A DNA stretch of 64,000 nt from assembly GCA_030447245.1 (NCBI GenBank), contig JAUJPG010000022.1, forward strand, positions 21,885 through 85,884, read 5' to 3'. Source of the DNA: Chloroflexota bacterium. Its GTDB lineage: Bacteria > Chloroflexota > UBA6077 > JACCZL01. The stretch's first letter is position 1; each line of letters opens with the position of its first letter. The notes under the pieces are model-generated. The model made no database searches. It was not told where the DNA came from and saw only the letters and a program-made list of their open reading frames with translations. The position numbers and the translations under genes were made by a program. Shown piece by piece: positions 1 through 8,519 of this stretch.

Positions 1-243
1 TACGCCGGCGAGCCGTTCGTGCGAGTCCTCCCGCCAGGGTTGACGCCGGGCCCCAAGGCCGTCGTCGGCAGCAACCTCTGCGACGTCTCGGTCGTACTGG
101 ACGCCCCGAATCGCCGCCTGGTGATGATCGGCTCGATCGACAACCTGCTCAAGGGGCAGGCTGGCGTCGCCGTCCAGAATATCAACCTCATGTTCGGCTT
201 TCCCGAGACGCTTGGCCTCGAGCGCGTCCCGTTCTACCCCTGA
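1..243 (+). CDS. argC: N-acetyl-gamma-glutamyl-phosphate reductase (ArgC/LysY), C-terminal part; runs off window start
   Basis: Motifs GSNLCDV and IDNLLKGQAGVAVQNINLMFGFPETLGL match the ArgC dimerisation domain. Confidence 0.9.
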   Translation, partial: YAGEPFVRVLPPGLTPGPKAVVGSNLCDVSVVLDAPNRRLVMIGSIDNLLKGQAGVAVQNINLMFGFPETLGLERVPFYP

Positions 244-371
244 CGAAGCCCGCTCCCGGCCGAATCGGCATCCTGAGCCCGGTCCTCGGCATGGATCGCC
301 CCCCAGACTCGCCACCCTCGGCGTCCAGGTCCATCCGACCTCCCACCAGTGGGTAGTAGCTACCGCTCGCC

Positions 372-386
372 GGGCACGCCGCTTGC
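372..386 (+). promoter_or_regulatory. sigma54-type -24/-12 motif upstream of hemerythrin gene
   Basis: GGGCACG-CCGC-TTGC, exact GG-N10-GC spacing, 48 nt before ATG. Confidence 0.55.
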
Positions 387-434
387 TCCAGAGGTTGGCA
401 CACTGCCCCAGATTCCGCGCAGGAGGACCGCCTG

Positions 435-881
435 ATGGACCCAGTTCAAATGCTCATGGACGACCACCGCAAGGTCGAGCAGCTCAGCGAGCAGTTCGAG
501 TCGGCCGACTCGGCGTCCGAGAAGAAGAAGATCGCCCAGGAGGCGCTCCAGGAGCTCGAGGTCCACGCTGCGATCGAAGAGGAGATCTTCTACCCGGCCG
601 TCCGCAAGAAGGCGGGCGACGACGGCAAGGACATGATGCTCGAGGCTGAAGAGGAGCACCACGTCGTTCACGTCCTCGTCGACGAGCTCAAGGCGATGCG
701 GAGCGTCACCGACCGCTACGAGGCCAAGTTCACGGTGCTGATGGAAAACGTCAAGCATCACGTCAAGGAAGAGGAGATGGATATGCTCCCAAAGGCCAGG
801 ACGTTGCTCGGCGACGATGGCGCCGAGCTTGCCGAGCGCATGCAAAAGCGCAAGCAGCAGCTCATGGCGGACGTGAAGTAG
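435..881 (+). CDS. Hemerythrin (HHE) domain protein
   Basis: DHRKV, HAAIEEEIFYP, EEH and HHVKEEE motifs; AGGAGG RBS. Confidence 0.9.
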   Translation: MDPVQMLMDDHRKVEQLSEQFESADSASEKKKIAQEALQELEVHAAIEEEIFYPAVRKKAGDDGKDMMLEAEEEHHVVHVLVDELKAMRSVTDRYEAKFTVLMENVKHHVKEEEMDMLPKARTLLGDDGAELAERMQKRKQQLMADVK

Positions 882-1056
882 CCACTCGCTCTGCAGGACG
901 CGCCCCACTCAACGCACCATTCCCGTTAACGCTCGCACGAACGACGAAGCCGAGTCGTTCGTCGCTCGTGCATCGTTAAATCGTCATCTCGTCCGCCAAT
1001 CTCCATCGGTGATCGGTACGCCGCTCTGCAGGTGAAGCGGCCTCCTCGAGGCTTCC

Positions 1057-1071
1057 TGGCACGCTACGTGC
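1057..1071 (+). promoter_or_regulatory. sigma54-type -24/-12 motif upstream of csbD-like gene
   Basis: TGGCACG-CTAC-GTGC. Confidence 0.5.
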
Positions 1072-1184
1072 GCTAAGCATCTGGTAGCAGCATCCGCATC
1101 GAGCGGAGGTGCAACTGGTGGGCCTTGGGGGCTCACCGTCGCCTGCGCCCACCAGGAAGCGGAGCCGACCGAAAGGAGCCAGCG

Positions 1185-1352
1185 ATGGCAGGAACCGAAG
1201 ACCGCGTGGAAGGCAAGGCCAAGGAGTGGGAGGGCAAGCTCACCGACGACGAGGCCCGCGAAGCTGAGGGGAAGGGCCAGGGCATGGTCGGTAAGGCCAA
1301 GGACAAGGCGAGCGATATGGCGGACAGCCTCCGAGGCCGGGACGACAAGTAG
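1185..1352 (+). CDS. CsbD family general stress protein
   Basis: DRVEGKAKEWEGKLTDDEAREAEGK pattern; AAGGAG RBS before ATG 1185. Confidence 0.85.
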   Translation: MAGTEDRVEGKAKEWEGKLTDDEAREAEGKGQGMVGKAKDKASDMADSLRGRDDK

Positions 1353-1501
1353 GCGCGCTCCCTCCGGATGGGAGGAGGGCGCCGTCCGTGTTGCACGTGC
1401 AGCGGAGCACGTCGTTGAGTGCCTCCAGGTCCTGGACCTGCGCCTGAGTTGTTCTTAGGCGCAGGGCCTGCAAGCACCGACCCACCATGAATAGCTCGCG
1501 C

Positions 1502-1529
1502 CGAGAGGCCCGCCGAAGCGGGCCTCTCG
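1502..1529. terminator. Hairpin between convergent genes (probable bidirectional terminator)
   Basis: CGAGAGGCCCGC-CGAA-GCGGGCCTCTCG, perfect 12-bp stem. Confidence 0.6.
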
Positions 1530-1572
1530 TGTGGAATCGGAACCCTTCGCAACCGAACGTTCAGGAAGCCGC

Positions 1573-2481
1573 CTAGAGCCGCCTCCGGGACTCGCGATCC
1601 TCGTCAGCGTCGCCGATCGCGGTGCCGCCCGCCGCGCCGGCGCCCCCGCCGCTCACTGCGCTGTCCTCGTCATCATAGTCGCGGAACCGCCCCCGTCCGC
1701 GGCCGTAGTCGTAGCCATGGCGGATGTGGGAGCGGTGTTCCTCCCAGGAACCTTCGCCACGGGACTCCCACTCGCGCCGCAGCTCGGGCTCGGCAGAGCG
1801 CCAGCCACCGCCCGTCCCCTGCTCGTGGCTCCTGCCATGTGCCTCATATCCGAAGCGATGCGCCGGCTCCGAGGCTTCATGCTGTCCGGCACCATACCGT
1901 GTCTCATACCGCGAGCGGAAGTCAGGCGAGGCTTCGTCCCACGAGCGATGAGCGGTCGCGCTCGTCCCCGCCTCGTAGTCCTTGCCGCCGTAATCACGCA
2001 GGATCGACCGCGCGTCGTCGTAGCGACCCTGCGCGTTGACGCTGACCAGCCACCCACCGGCACGGACGCGCTCGTCGTACCACTTGGCCTCCTCCTCGGG
2101 GATCCCCATCCCGACCAGGGCCCCAGCGATGGCCCCGATCCCGGCGCCAGCAGCCGCGCCGACCAGCGCCGTGGCGAAGGCGCCGGCGGCGATCACCGGA
2201 CCAACCACCGGGATCGCCAGGGCACCCAGCCCGGTCAGAAACCCGCCGAGCCCACCGAGCAGCCCACCGGCCACCGCGCCGGTGGCTGCACCCTGGCCGG
2301 CCTTGGTGCCCGTCTCGTGGGATACCGCGCCGGCTTCGTCCTGATTCCGTGCCACCAGGCCGATGTCATCGCCCCGGAAGCCAGCGTCTTTCAGTCCGTC
2401 GATCGCGTCCTTGGCATCGTCGCGCTCATCGAAGACGGCCACGACGGTACTTCGCCCAGTTACCCGCTCGGTGCTCTGCAT
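1573..2481 (-). CDS. General stress protein (YflT/17M-like, Gly-Ala membrane hairpin)
   Basis: VVAVFDERDDAKDAIDGLKDAGF, GLGALAIPVVGPVIAAG, GMGIPEEEAKWY; AAGGAGG RBS. Confidence 0.8.
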   Translation of the reverse strand: MQSTERVTGRSTVVAVFDERDDAKDAIDGLKDAGFRGDDIGLVARNQDEAGAVSHETGTKAGQGAATGAVAGGLLGGLGGFLTGLGALAIPVVGPVIAAGAFATALVGAAAGAGIGAIAGALVGMGIPEEEAKWYDERVRAGGWLVSVNAQGRYDDARSILRDYGGKDYEAGTSATAHRSWDEASPDFRSRYETRYGAGQHEASEPAHRFGYEAHGRSHEQGTGGGWRSAEPELRREWESRGEGSWEEHRSHIRHGYDYGRGRGRFRDYDDEDSAVSGGGAGAAGGTAIGDADEDRESRRRL

Positions 2482-2565
2482 CTGATGCCTCCTTGCATTC
2501 GGCAGCCTCGACTGCGACGGGCGTTCGTCGTATCACACCTCCTCCCTTTTCTTCTCGCATGACGA

Positions 2566-2580
2566 GCAAGAAATGAGCCA
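2566..2580 (-). promoter_or_regulatory. sigma54-type -24/-12 motif upstream of general stress protein
   Basis: Minus strand TGGCTCA-TTTC-TTGC. Confidence 0.55.
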
Positions 2581-2582
2581 CT

Positions 2583-3051
2583 GACCGCGCACGTTCAGGA
2601 CGCTAAGCTCGTCGCCGAACCCGAGAGCGCCGAGGGCCAGCAGCGCGCCCCGAAGCGGCTGATAACCCCCACCCGGGCTCTCGGCGGCCAGCCGCACGAT
2701 TAGCTCGCGGACGCCACCCGGGAGTGGCTGGCGACCGCGGCAACAGCGCCGGCCCAAGGCGTGCCACATGCACGCACCAGTGAACCACGCCAGCTCGCGA
2801 AGCCAGCGCAGCAGCGTCCCGGGGCGCCCAGGCAGGACCTGCCAATCTGCTAGCGGCAGGCAGCGGTTCAGCGCCACGAGGAGCCGCCGGTCGCCCGGAC
2901 GGCACGCCGGGCGCGCGGTCGTGCGGCGCAGCACGCGGACTTCGTGGCGCGGCGCAAGGAGCTCCATGTCCCCGGCCATGCTGCCCCGGCAGCGAAGCAG
3001 GACCAGGTCGCCGAGCAGGCGGCCAACGGAGCCCACGACGGACAGCAGCAT
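2583..3051 (-). pseudogene. Degenerate N-terminal half of integrase-core (rve) transposase
   Basis: ELLAPRHEVRVLRR, DRRLLVAL, PGTLLRW, VRELIVRLAAESPGGGY resemble HTH + rve transposase N-termini; no DDE core. Confidence 0.65.
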
Positions 3052-3224
3052 TGGCGGCCTTCCTGAGGAATCCGCCAGAGACTCTTCGACCTGCTACCTG
3101 CCCGCCTATCCAACAACCACGCCGAACGGGGTGTCCCCCGTATCCCGAACCAGATTCGAACGCTCGAACGATGGCGCGGCCAATCGGCGAAGCCGGCACG
3201 GACCATGGGCACGAGCGCCCGGTC

Positions 3225-3428
3225 TCAACCCCGGTCGGTGGTAGCGTCTGACGCAGTCTGGACGGAGTCAGGCTGGCTCAGAGTCCAGGATTCGCGAGCT
3301 CGCGTGATCGCGGCTTCCTGCTCAGTTGACGTCGGGACATCGTCGATCGCTCCTGGCCGGCGTGCGCGCCGTGCACGGGCACGCTCTGCCCGTTTACGCG
3401 CGAGCTCGTCGTGTGGGTCGGACGTCAT
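3225..3428 (-). CDS. Small hypothetical protein
   Basis: 67-aa ORF with AAAGG before ATG; no recognisable motif. Confidence 0.35.
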   Translation of the reverse strand: MTSDPHDELARKRAERARARRARRPGAIDDVPTSTEQEAAITRARESWTLSQPDSVQTASDATTDRG

Positions 3429-3663
3429 GAGAACGCCTTTCGCGTGTCGCTACGATGCCAAACGACCGACCGTCAGTCACCTGCCATCGACCTCATGCTA
3501 CCGCTTCGATGGGTGGGGCCACATCGCGGTACCTCGGACCCTCGGCATACAGCGATTCCAAGTCACCGCGGGCCTTGGACGGTTGCCCGACCGCTTCATA
3601 GAGCACGGCGCGCTCCTTAGCGGGCCGCTCGGAGCCGCTCGCGGTCGCGCCTCTGATCGATCG

Positions 3664-3709
3664 TGGCGACCCCGGGGTGACTCGAACACCCGACACAGCG
3701 TGTAGGAAC
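3664..3709 (-). tRNA. tRNA-Arg(CCT) 3' half only (att-like remnant, not an intact tRNA)
   Basis: Minus strand TT-CCT-AC loop, T arm GGGTG-TTCGAGT-CACCC, 3' end CGGGGTC-G-CCA; no D arm or 5' acceptor strand. Confidence 0.75.
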
Positions 3710-3814
3710 TCTGGTCCCTGCGTCCATGCTGGTCCGTAACCGTCCACTGCCTATCTGGAGGGAACGAACACCTGTCTGTGCGCGTCCATGCTCGTCAGCC
3801 AATGTGTGTGCCGT

Positions 3815-3836
3815 TTGGTCGTCAACTTGGTCGTCA
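3815..3836. repeat. Tandem 10-bp direct repeat TTGGTCGTCA (putative integrase arm-type sites)
   Basis: Copies at 3815-3824 and 3827-3836, about 105 bp from the tRNA fragment. Confidence 0.5.
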
Positions 3837-3979
3837 GTACGGAGAGCCCGTGGCACACTGGCCTTCGTCGTCCCCACTGGCGGAAGCTCTGGGCGCGGAT
3901 GGCGGGGGTGTGGCAGTGGTGGGTGAGCTGGTCGAGGGCGGCGGTGCGGGAACGGCGCGAGTGGGCGGCGACGGCCGCG

Positions 3980-3994
3980 TGGCACAGGTCGTGC
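3980..3994 (+). promoter_or_regulatory. sigma54-type -24/-12 motif upstream of DUF1360 gene
   Basis: TGGCACA-GGTC-GTGC, 39 nt before ATG 4034. Confidence 0.5.
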
Positions 3995-4033
3995 GCGGGT
4001 TCTGCCGCTCAGGATTACGCGGGAGGCACGGCC

Positions 4034-4526
4034 ATGCCGGCTGACGAGCGCGATTGGTTGGCGAATCGAGCGACGAAGCTGTCCTTGACGGGTGTCTTCC
4101 TCGCCCTCATGGCGGCGTTCTCCGCGCGGCTTAGCGGCCGCCAGGAGACTCTGGAGATCCGACCTTTCGATCTGTTGCTGCTCGGGCTGTCGACCTACGG
4201 ACCCGGTCGCCTCGTGGCCTTCGAGCGGGTGACAGCGCCGCGGGGAGCCCTTCACCGAGACCAAACCAGACGATTCTGGTGCCGGGCGAGGTCGTCGTCG
4301 CTCGCGGGAGCGGCACGCGGCGGGTGCTCGGCGAGCTTGTGTCCTGTCCGGTCTGCGTCGGGAGCTGGGTCGCCGCCGGCCTGGTGTACGGGCTGCACCT
4401 CGCCCCGGGCCCCACCCGGGTGTACCTGGCGGTCCTGGGCACGGCGGGGCGGCCGAGCTGCTGAACTGCTCGGCCGAGGCGCTGGGCTGGCTGGGGCGGG
4501 CCGCGCGCAAGGACGCCGGCACGTAA
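4034..4526 (+). CDS. DUF1360 family membrane protein (frameshifted)
   Basis: DLLLLGLSTY..GRLVAFERVTAP/REPF and GELVSCPVCVGSWVAAG across frames; GGAGG RBS. Confidence 0.8.
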
Positions 4527-4573
4527 GCGGGGCGCGGGCGTGGACGTCGCGCTGCCGCGGGTAACGCGACAGG

Positions 4574-4717
4574 TCATTGTCGCCGTGGCGCCGAGGAGAC
4601 GCGGTAGCAGCCTCGGCTGTCGTCCCAGGTCATGTGGTTCTGGGTGCGCGGGACGCGGCGCCAGAGCTCGTCTCCGTCCCGGATTGTCGGGTCATCGACG
4701 TGCGGTCGGTCGGCCAT
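4574..4717 (-). pseudogene. Truncated 47-aa ORF, N-terminus of a putative RES/ADP-ribosyltransferase-like toxin
   Basis: Own translation MADRPHVDDPTIRDGDELWRRVPRTQNHMTWDDSRGCYRVSSAPRRQ*; below the ORF-track cutoff. Confidence 0.5.
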
Positions 4718-4737
4718 GCAACGGGCAGCGGCCGCCG

Positions 4738-5109
4738 CTACGCGCGCGCCGTCAGCTCGCGAAGCACCTCACGGAGCGGTCCGGGCCCCTCGGTCAGCGT
4801 CAGCTCGCGCTCGGTCCCGCCGCGCAGATCCTCGTACCAGACCCGCGGCGGCCCTTCGGGTGGGACGACGACCTCAATGTCCATCCCGCGCAGGTGCCAC
4901 TCCAGCTGGACGTCGCCCCGTGACATTGGCACCACCGCGGGAGCCGGGCGTGTCGGTCTGCATGGCCGTCGCCAGCAGCGTGACTGCTCTGCCGGCGGCC
5001 CGCGGCTGATTGGCTTAGCCGAGTACGAATTCCACCCGGCAGCCAGCCGCAGCAAGCCGAGCAAGCTGCTCACCACCGGTCCAAGCCAGCGGGGAAGTGT
5101 GCCCTTCAT
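4738..5109 (-). CDS. Hypothetical protein (LxxLxxGWNSY...VQLEW family), putative antitoxin-like
   Basis: LLRLAAGWNSYSAKPI and PAVVPMSRGDVQLEWHLRGMDIEV; middle probably has compensating frameshifts. Confidence 0.6.
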   Translation of the reverse strand: MKGTLPRWLGPVVSSLLGLLRLAAGWNSYSAKPISRGPPAEQSRCWRRPCRPTRPAPAVVPMSRGDVQLEWHLRGMDIEVVVPPEGPPRVWYEDLRGGTERELTLTEGPGPLREVLRELTARA

Positions 5110-5122
5110 GACCCACCCATAC

Positions 5123-5371
5123 TCACCAGCGGAGCCACACCGCAGCGGTCCGCTGTCGCTCGACGGCGATCCGAGCGTAGGCCAAACACGCCCGCACGTC
5201 CTCGTCAGTCAGCTCAGGGAACGCTTCCAAGAGGTCGGCCCGATCGTTCTCCTCAAGGTGAGCCAGGACGCGCTCTACCGGGATGCGGGTGCCTTTCACC
5301 ACCGGCTTACCGACCATGATCTCAGGGTCTTGGGTGATGCGGTGTTGGTAGTGTTCTGGTTCGTGCGCCAT
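5123..5371 (-). CDS. DUF433 domain protein (antitoxin-type HTH)
   Basis: RITQDPEIMVGKPVVKGTRIPVERVL...FPELTDEDVRACLAYA. Confidence 0.92.
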   Translation of the reverse strand: MAHEPEHYQHRITQDPEIMVGKPVVKGTRIPVERVLAHLEENDRADLLEAFPELTDEDVRACLAYARIAVERQRTAAVWLRW

Positions 5372-5452
5372 CGTGATACCTCTGACGGGCATTATCTCAC
5401 GGGTCTGGCACTGGGATGGCGATCAGCCCGTCAGGACGGGGTGGAGGGGGAG

Positions 5453-6076
5453 ATGGACGTGGGGCGGTTGGCGATGCCGATTGGCGAGGCGATGTTTACG
5501 CAGCGGGCGACGCGGCGGTTTCGGCCGGACCCGCTGCCGATGGAGGACATTCGGCTGATGGTGGAGGCGGCGTCGAAGGCGCCGAATGGGGGCAACCGGC
5601 AGATCGCGCGCTTCCTGGTGGTAACCGACCGCCCGCGGGTCGAGACGTTCGGGGCGCTGTACCGCGAGGCATGGTGGGCCAAGCGGCGAGACGAGCAGGG
5701 CTGGAGCGGGCCGGACGACATCCCGGCCGAGGACAAGACCCACCGCGCGGCGATGGGGCTGGCCGACGAGATGCGGGACGTGCCCTGCGTGGTCTTCGCC
5801 CTGGCGTTGCCGCCGGGGGCGGCCAACTCGGTGCTGCCGGCGGCGCAAAACTTGATGCTAGCGGCGCGGGCGCTTGGGATCGGCTCGGTGCCGACGACGC
5901 TCCACCCCGACGTGATGGACCGCTTCCACGCGATGTTCGCGATCCCGTCAGACGTCTCCTTCCACTTCTGCATCCCGCTCGGCTACCCGCGCGGCGGCTT
6001 CGGGCCGACGTCTCGGAAGCCAACCCGAGAGACGACCTACCTGAACCGCTGGGAGCAGCCGGTTCCCTGGGAGTAG
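5453..6076 (+). CDS. Nitroreductase family protein
   Basis: TQRATRRFRPDP, APNGGNRQ, AQNLMLAARALGIGS, IPLGYP; GGAGG RBS. Confidence 0.92.
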   Translation: MDVGRLAMPIGEAMFTQRATRRFRPDPLPMEDIRLMVEAASKAPNGGNRQIARFLVVTDRPRVETFGALYREAWWAKRRDEQGWSGPDDIPAEDKTHRAAMGLADEMRDVPCVVFALALPPGAANSVLPAAQNLMLAARALGIGSVPTTLHPDVMDRFHAMFAIPSDVSFHFCIPLGYPRGGFGPTSRKPTRETTYLNRWEQPVPWE

Positions 6077-6134
6077 GCAATGGCGCGGCAGCCGGGTGGA
6101 GGGATCAGCGGGCGCTGTGGAGGATGGTAGGGGG

Positions 6135-6245
6135 GCGCTGGTGGCGTTGGCGGAGGAGCGCGGCCTCAATCAAGTGTTCACGCTGGATGGCGAGTTCCGC
6201 GTCTATCGCCTTGCGCGCGGCAGAAGCTTCGTGGTGATTCCCTGA
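6135..6245 (+). pseudogene. PIN/VapC toxin C-terminal remnant
   Basis: Own translation ALVALAEERGLNQVFTLDGEFRVYRLARGRSFVVIP*; no N-terminus. Confidence 0.65.
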
Positions 6246-6381
6246 CCCGGGGGCGCTCACTCAATTACAGAGGCATGGGCGAGGACGGCGGCCATCGTCG
6301 CGGGACGGAACTGGTCGTTGCATGGGGTGGGCAGCTCTGGGTGAGGGATCGGGGTATCGCGCGGCCGGATGGTCCGCGAGC

Positions 6382-6924
6382 TCAGACTGGCTTGAGGGGA
6401 CGGTGCGGAGCTGGCGGGAGCTCGACGGACACCGAGTCGCCGGGCTGGACGAGGCCGCCGGCGACGACGACCGCCATGACGCCAGCCTTGCGGATGAGGT
6501 TGCCGCGGTCGTCGCGGTCGAGGGTCGCGGCCATCAGGCCGGACTGGACCTGATCGAGCTGTGCGCAGGGGTTGCGCAGACCGGTGATCTCGACGATCGC
6601 CTCGGCGCCAAGCCGGAGGCGGGTGCCGGTCGGCAGTCCGAGGAGATCGATGCCGCGGGTGGTGACGTTCTCGCCGATCTGCCCGGCGGCGACGTCGAAG
6701 CCGGCATCGCGTAGCTCCTGGAGGAGCTCGGCCTGGAACAGGTGGACCTGACGGAGGTTCGGCTGGCTCGGGTCGCGGGCGACGCGCGAGCGGTGCTTGA
6801 CGGTGGTTCCAGCATGCGCGTCGTCCTCAACGCCGAGTCCCACGAGCAGCCAGATGCCCGGCTGGTTCGATTTGGCCATGGTATGGGCCGCGCTTCGGCT
6901 CACCGCCTCGACCCGGCCGGTCAT
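6382..6924 (-). CDS. MOSC domain protein
   Basis: GVEDDAHAG, NLRQVHL, GQIGENVTTRG, TGLRNPCAQLD. Confidence 0.92.
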   Translation of the reverse strand: MTGRVEAVSRSAAHTMAKSNQPGIWLLVGLGVEDDAHAGTTVKHRSRVARDPSQPNLRQVHLFQAELLQELRDAGFDVAAGQIGENVTTRGIDLLGLPTGTRLRLGAEAIVEITGLRNPCAQLDQVQSGLMAATLDRDDRGNLIRKAGVMAVVVAGGLVQPGDSVSVELPPAPHRPLKPV

Positions 6925-7415
6925 GCTCGGCCGCCGCCACGTGCCCCGGCAAGGGCACCGGGGAGCAACGCGGGGCAGGCCACGACGTGTCCGGCGTCGG
7001 CCAGCGTCCGGGTACACGGGTCGAACGGGTAAACGAGGCCGGTCGCGACCGTGCAGCTGAACAGGAGGTGCATAGTTCGTCGCTCCACACAGAGGGCGTC
7101 TGCTCGTCACGGACCGCCATCGTGACGGTCCTGGCGGTCGTACCGCGGCTGCGCGCTGTCTACGGGTCGGTAAGTATGACAGGCGGCGCGCCGGGTGGGC
7201 CGGGCGAGCGAGCGGTCGGGCGTCGCCGGGCCGACATGACGTCGAGTGGCGGCGCGGCGGACCGGGTTCCTCAGAAGCGCTCGGGACTGGTCGGTCCTTG
7301 ACAACGCATCTTGTGGCAGGCGATCGTAGCCACGGCACGCATCCCGGGGGTCTGGGGTTGGCGTCGCGCCACTCGCCGTCAGGCGGGGGCGTACGGTGGG
7401 CGCGGGGAGGCCGCG

Positions 7416-8186
7416 GTGGTGGACCTGGAAGAGGCCGCCGATTCAATCTGGGCCGCGGCCAGGCGTGGCGTTCACTATCCGGCCGAGTGGCGGGACAAGC
7501 TGTCGTTGGAGGATGGCTACCGGGTCCAGCGCGGGATCCTGGCCCGCCATGTCGCCGAGGGGGAGGTCCAGGTGGGCTGGAAAGTGGGCCTGACCGCCCC
7601 GGCGATCCAGCGCCAGTTCGGAGTGCACGAGCCGGTCTTCGGATTCCTGCTCCGGAGCGGCGCGCGGCCGAGCGGCACGGTGTTCGCCGCGAGCGAGCTG
7701 ATCCGCCCGGGCTTCGAAAATGAGCTGTGTCTGACGATGGGGGCGACGCTGCGCGGCCCGGGCGTCACGCTCGACGAGGCGCGCGCGGCGATCGCGGGGG
7801 TGGCTCCAGCGCTCGAGATCGTCGAGACGCGCGGCGACCTGGCGCGCGACCTGGCCCTGACGCTGGCCGACAACTGTCAGCAACGGGCCTTTGTCACCGG
7901 ACCGGTGACGGTGCGTCCGCCCGACGGGTTCACGCTGAGCGAGGCGACCGTCGAGGTCTACGTCAACGGACGGAGCATGGAGCGCGCCAGCGGCGCCGAG
8001 GTGCTCGGCGACCCGGCCGCCTCGGTCGCCTGGTTGGCGAACAAGTTGGCCGAGCTCGACCGAGACCTGGAAGCGGGCATGCAGGTCATGTCCGGCTCCT
8101 TCACCCGCCAATACCCGCTTACCGCCGGCGACCGGGTCGAGGCGCGATTCGAGCCGTTCGGGCCGGTCGGGGCCGAATGCCGCTGA
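7416..8186 (+). CDS. 2-keto-4-pentenoate hydratase-like (FAH superfamily)
   Basis: VGWKVGLTAPAIQ, EPVFG, PALEIVE, LADN, VLGDPAASVAWLAN. Confidence 0.9.
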   Translation: MVDLEEAADSIWAAARRGVHYPAEWRDKLSLEDGYRVQRGILARHVAEGEVQVGWKVGLTAPAIQRQFGVHEPVFGFLLRSGARPSGTVFAASELIRPGFENELCLTMGATLRGPGVTLDEARAAIAGVAPALEIVETRGDLARDLALTLADNCQQRAFVTGPVTVRPPDGFTLSEATVEVYVNGRSMERASGAEVLGDPAASVAWLANKLAELDRDLEAGMQVMSGSFTRQYPLTAGDRVEARFEPFGPVGAECR

Positions 8187-8189
8187 GGC

Positions 8190-8360
8190 GACCCTGAGGA
8201 CGCTCAACGACTGCTCGATGGGGCGGCTCAGCAGATGATGGACGCCGTCCACCGCTGCGAGAGCACCGTCAGCCGCATGCTGGACGACGGCATCTTGGCC
8301 CTGTTCGGCGCCCCAATCGCCCATGAGGACCACGCCCTCCGAGCCTGCTACGCCGCCGCA
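8190..8360 (+). pseudogene. Class III adenylate/guanylate cyclase fragment
   Basis: DPEDAQRLLD/MMDAVHRCESTVSRMLDDGILALFGAPIAHEDHALRACYAA. Confidence 0.75.
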
Positions 8361-8519
8361 TGTCGTTCGGGCGCCAGCGCCGAGCAGGGCGACCTGGAGT
8401 GCCGCCTGGCGCCGCTGCTTGGCGAGCAGCCGCGGACGAGTGGGCGATAGCGCGGGGCCGACCGACCGGCACATACTGGAGCTGGTGGCTGGAGAGGAGC
8501 GGCGAGGTGGAAGGAACCG

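Noticed and set aside
3140..3161. Second tRNA-like 3' fragment (GTTCGAATC...)
   Set aside because: Only about 22 nt, T stem does not pair and no CCA; too weak to call
4577..5452. N-terminal extension of the nitroreductase (similar extensions on pgi, the hydrolase, MOSC and DUF2064)
   Set aside because: GC-rich stop-free extensions overlapping better-supported genes; internal starts with RBS or -10 elements exist
6925..7415. Riboswitch in the long MOSC/hydratase intergenic region
   Set aside because: A few short hairpins, but no recognisable Moco or other aptamer consensus
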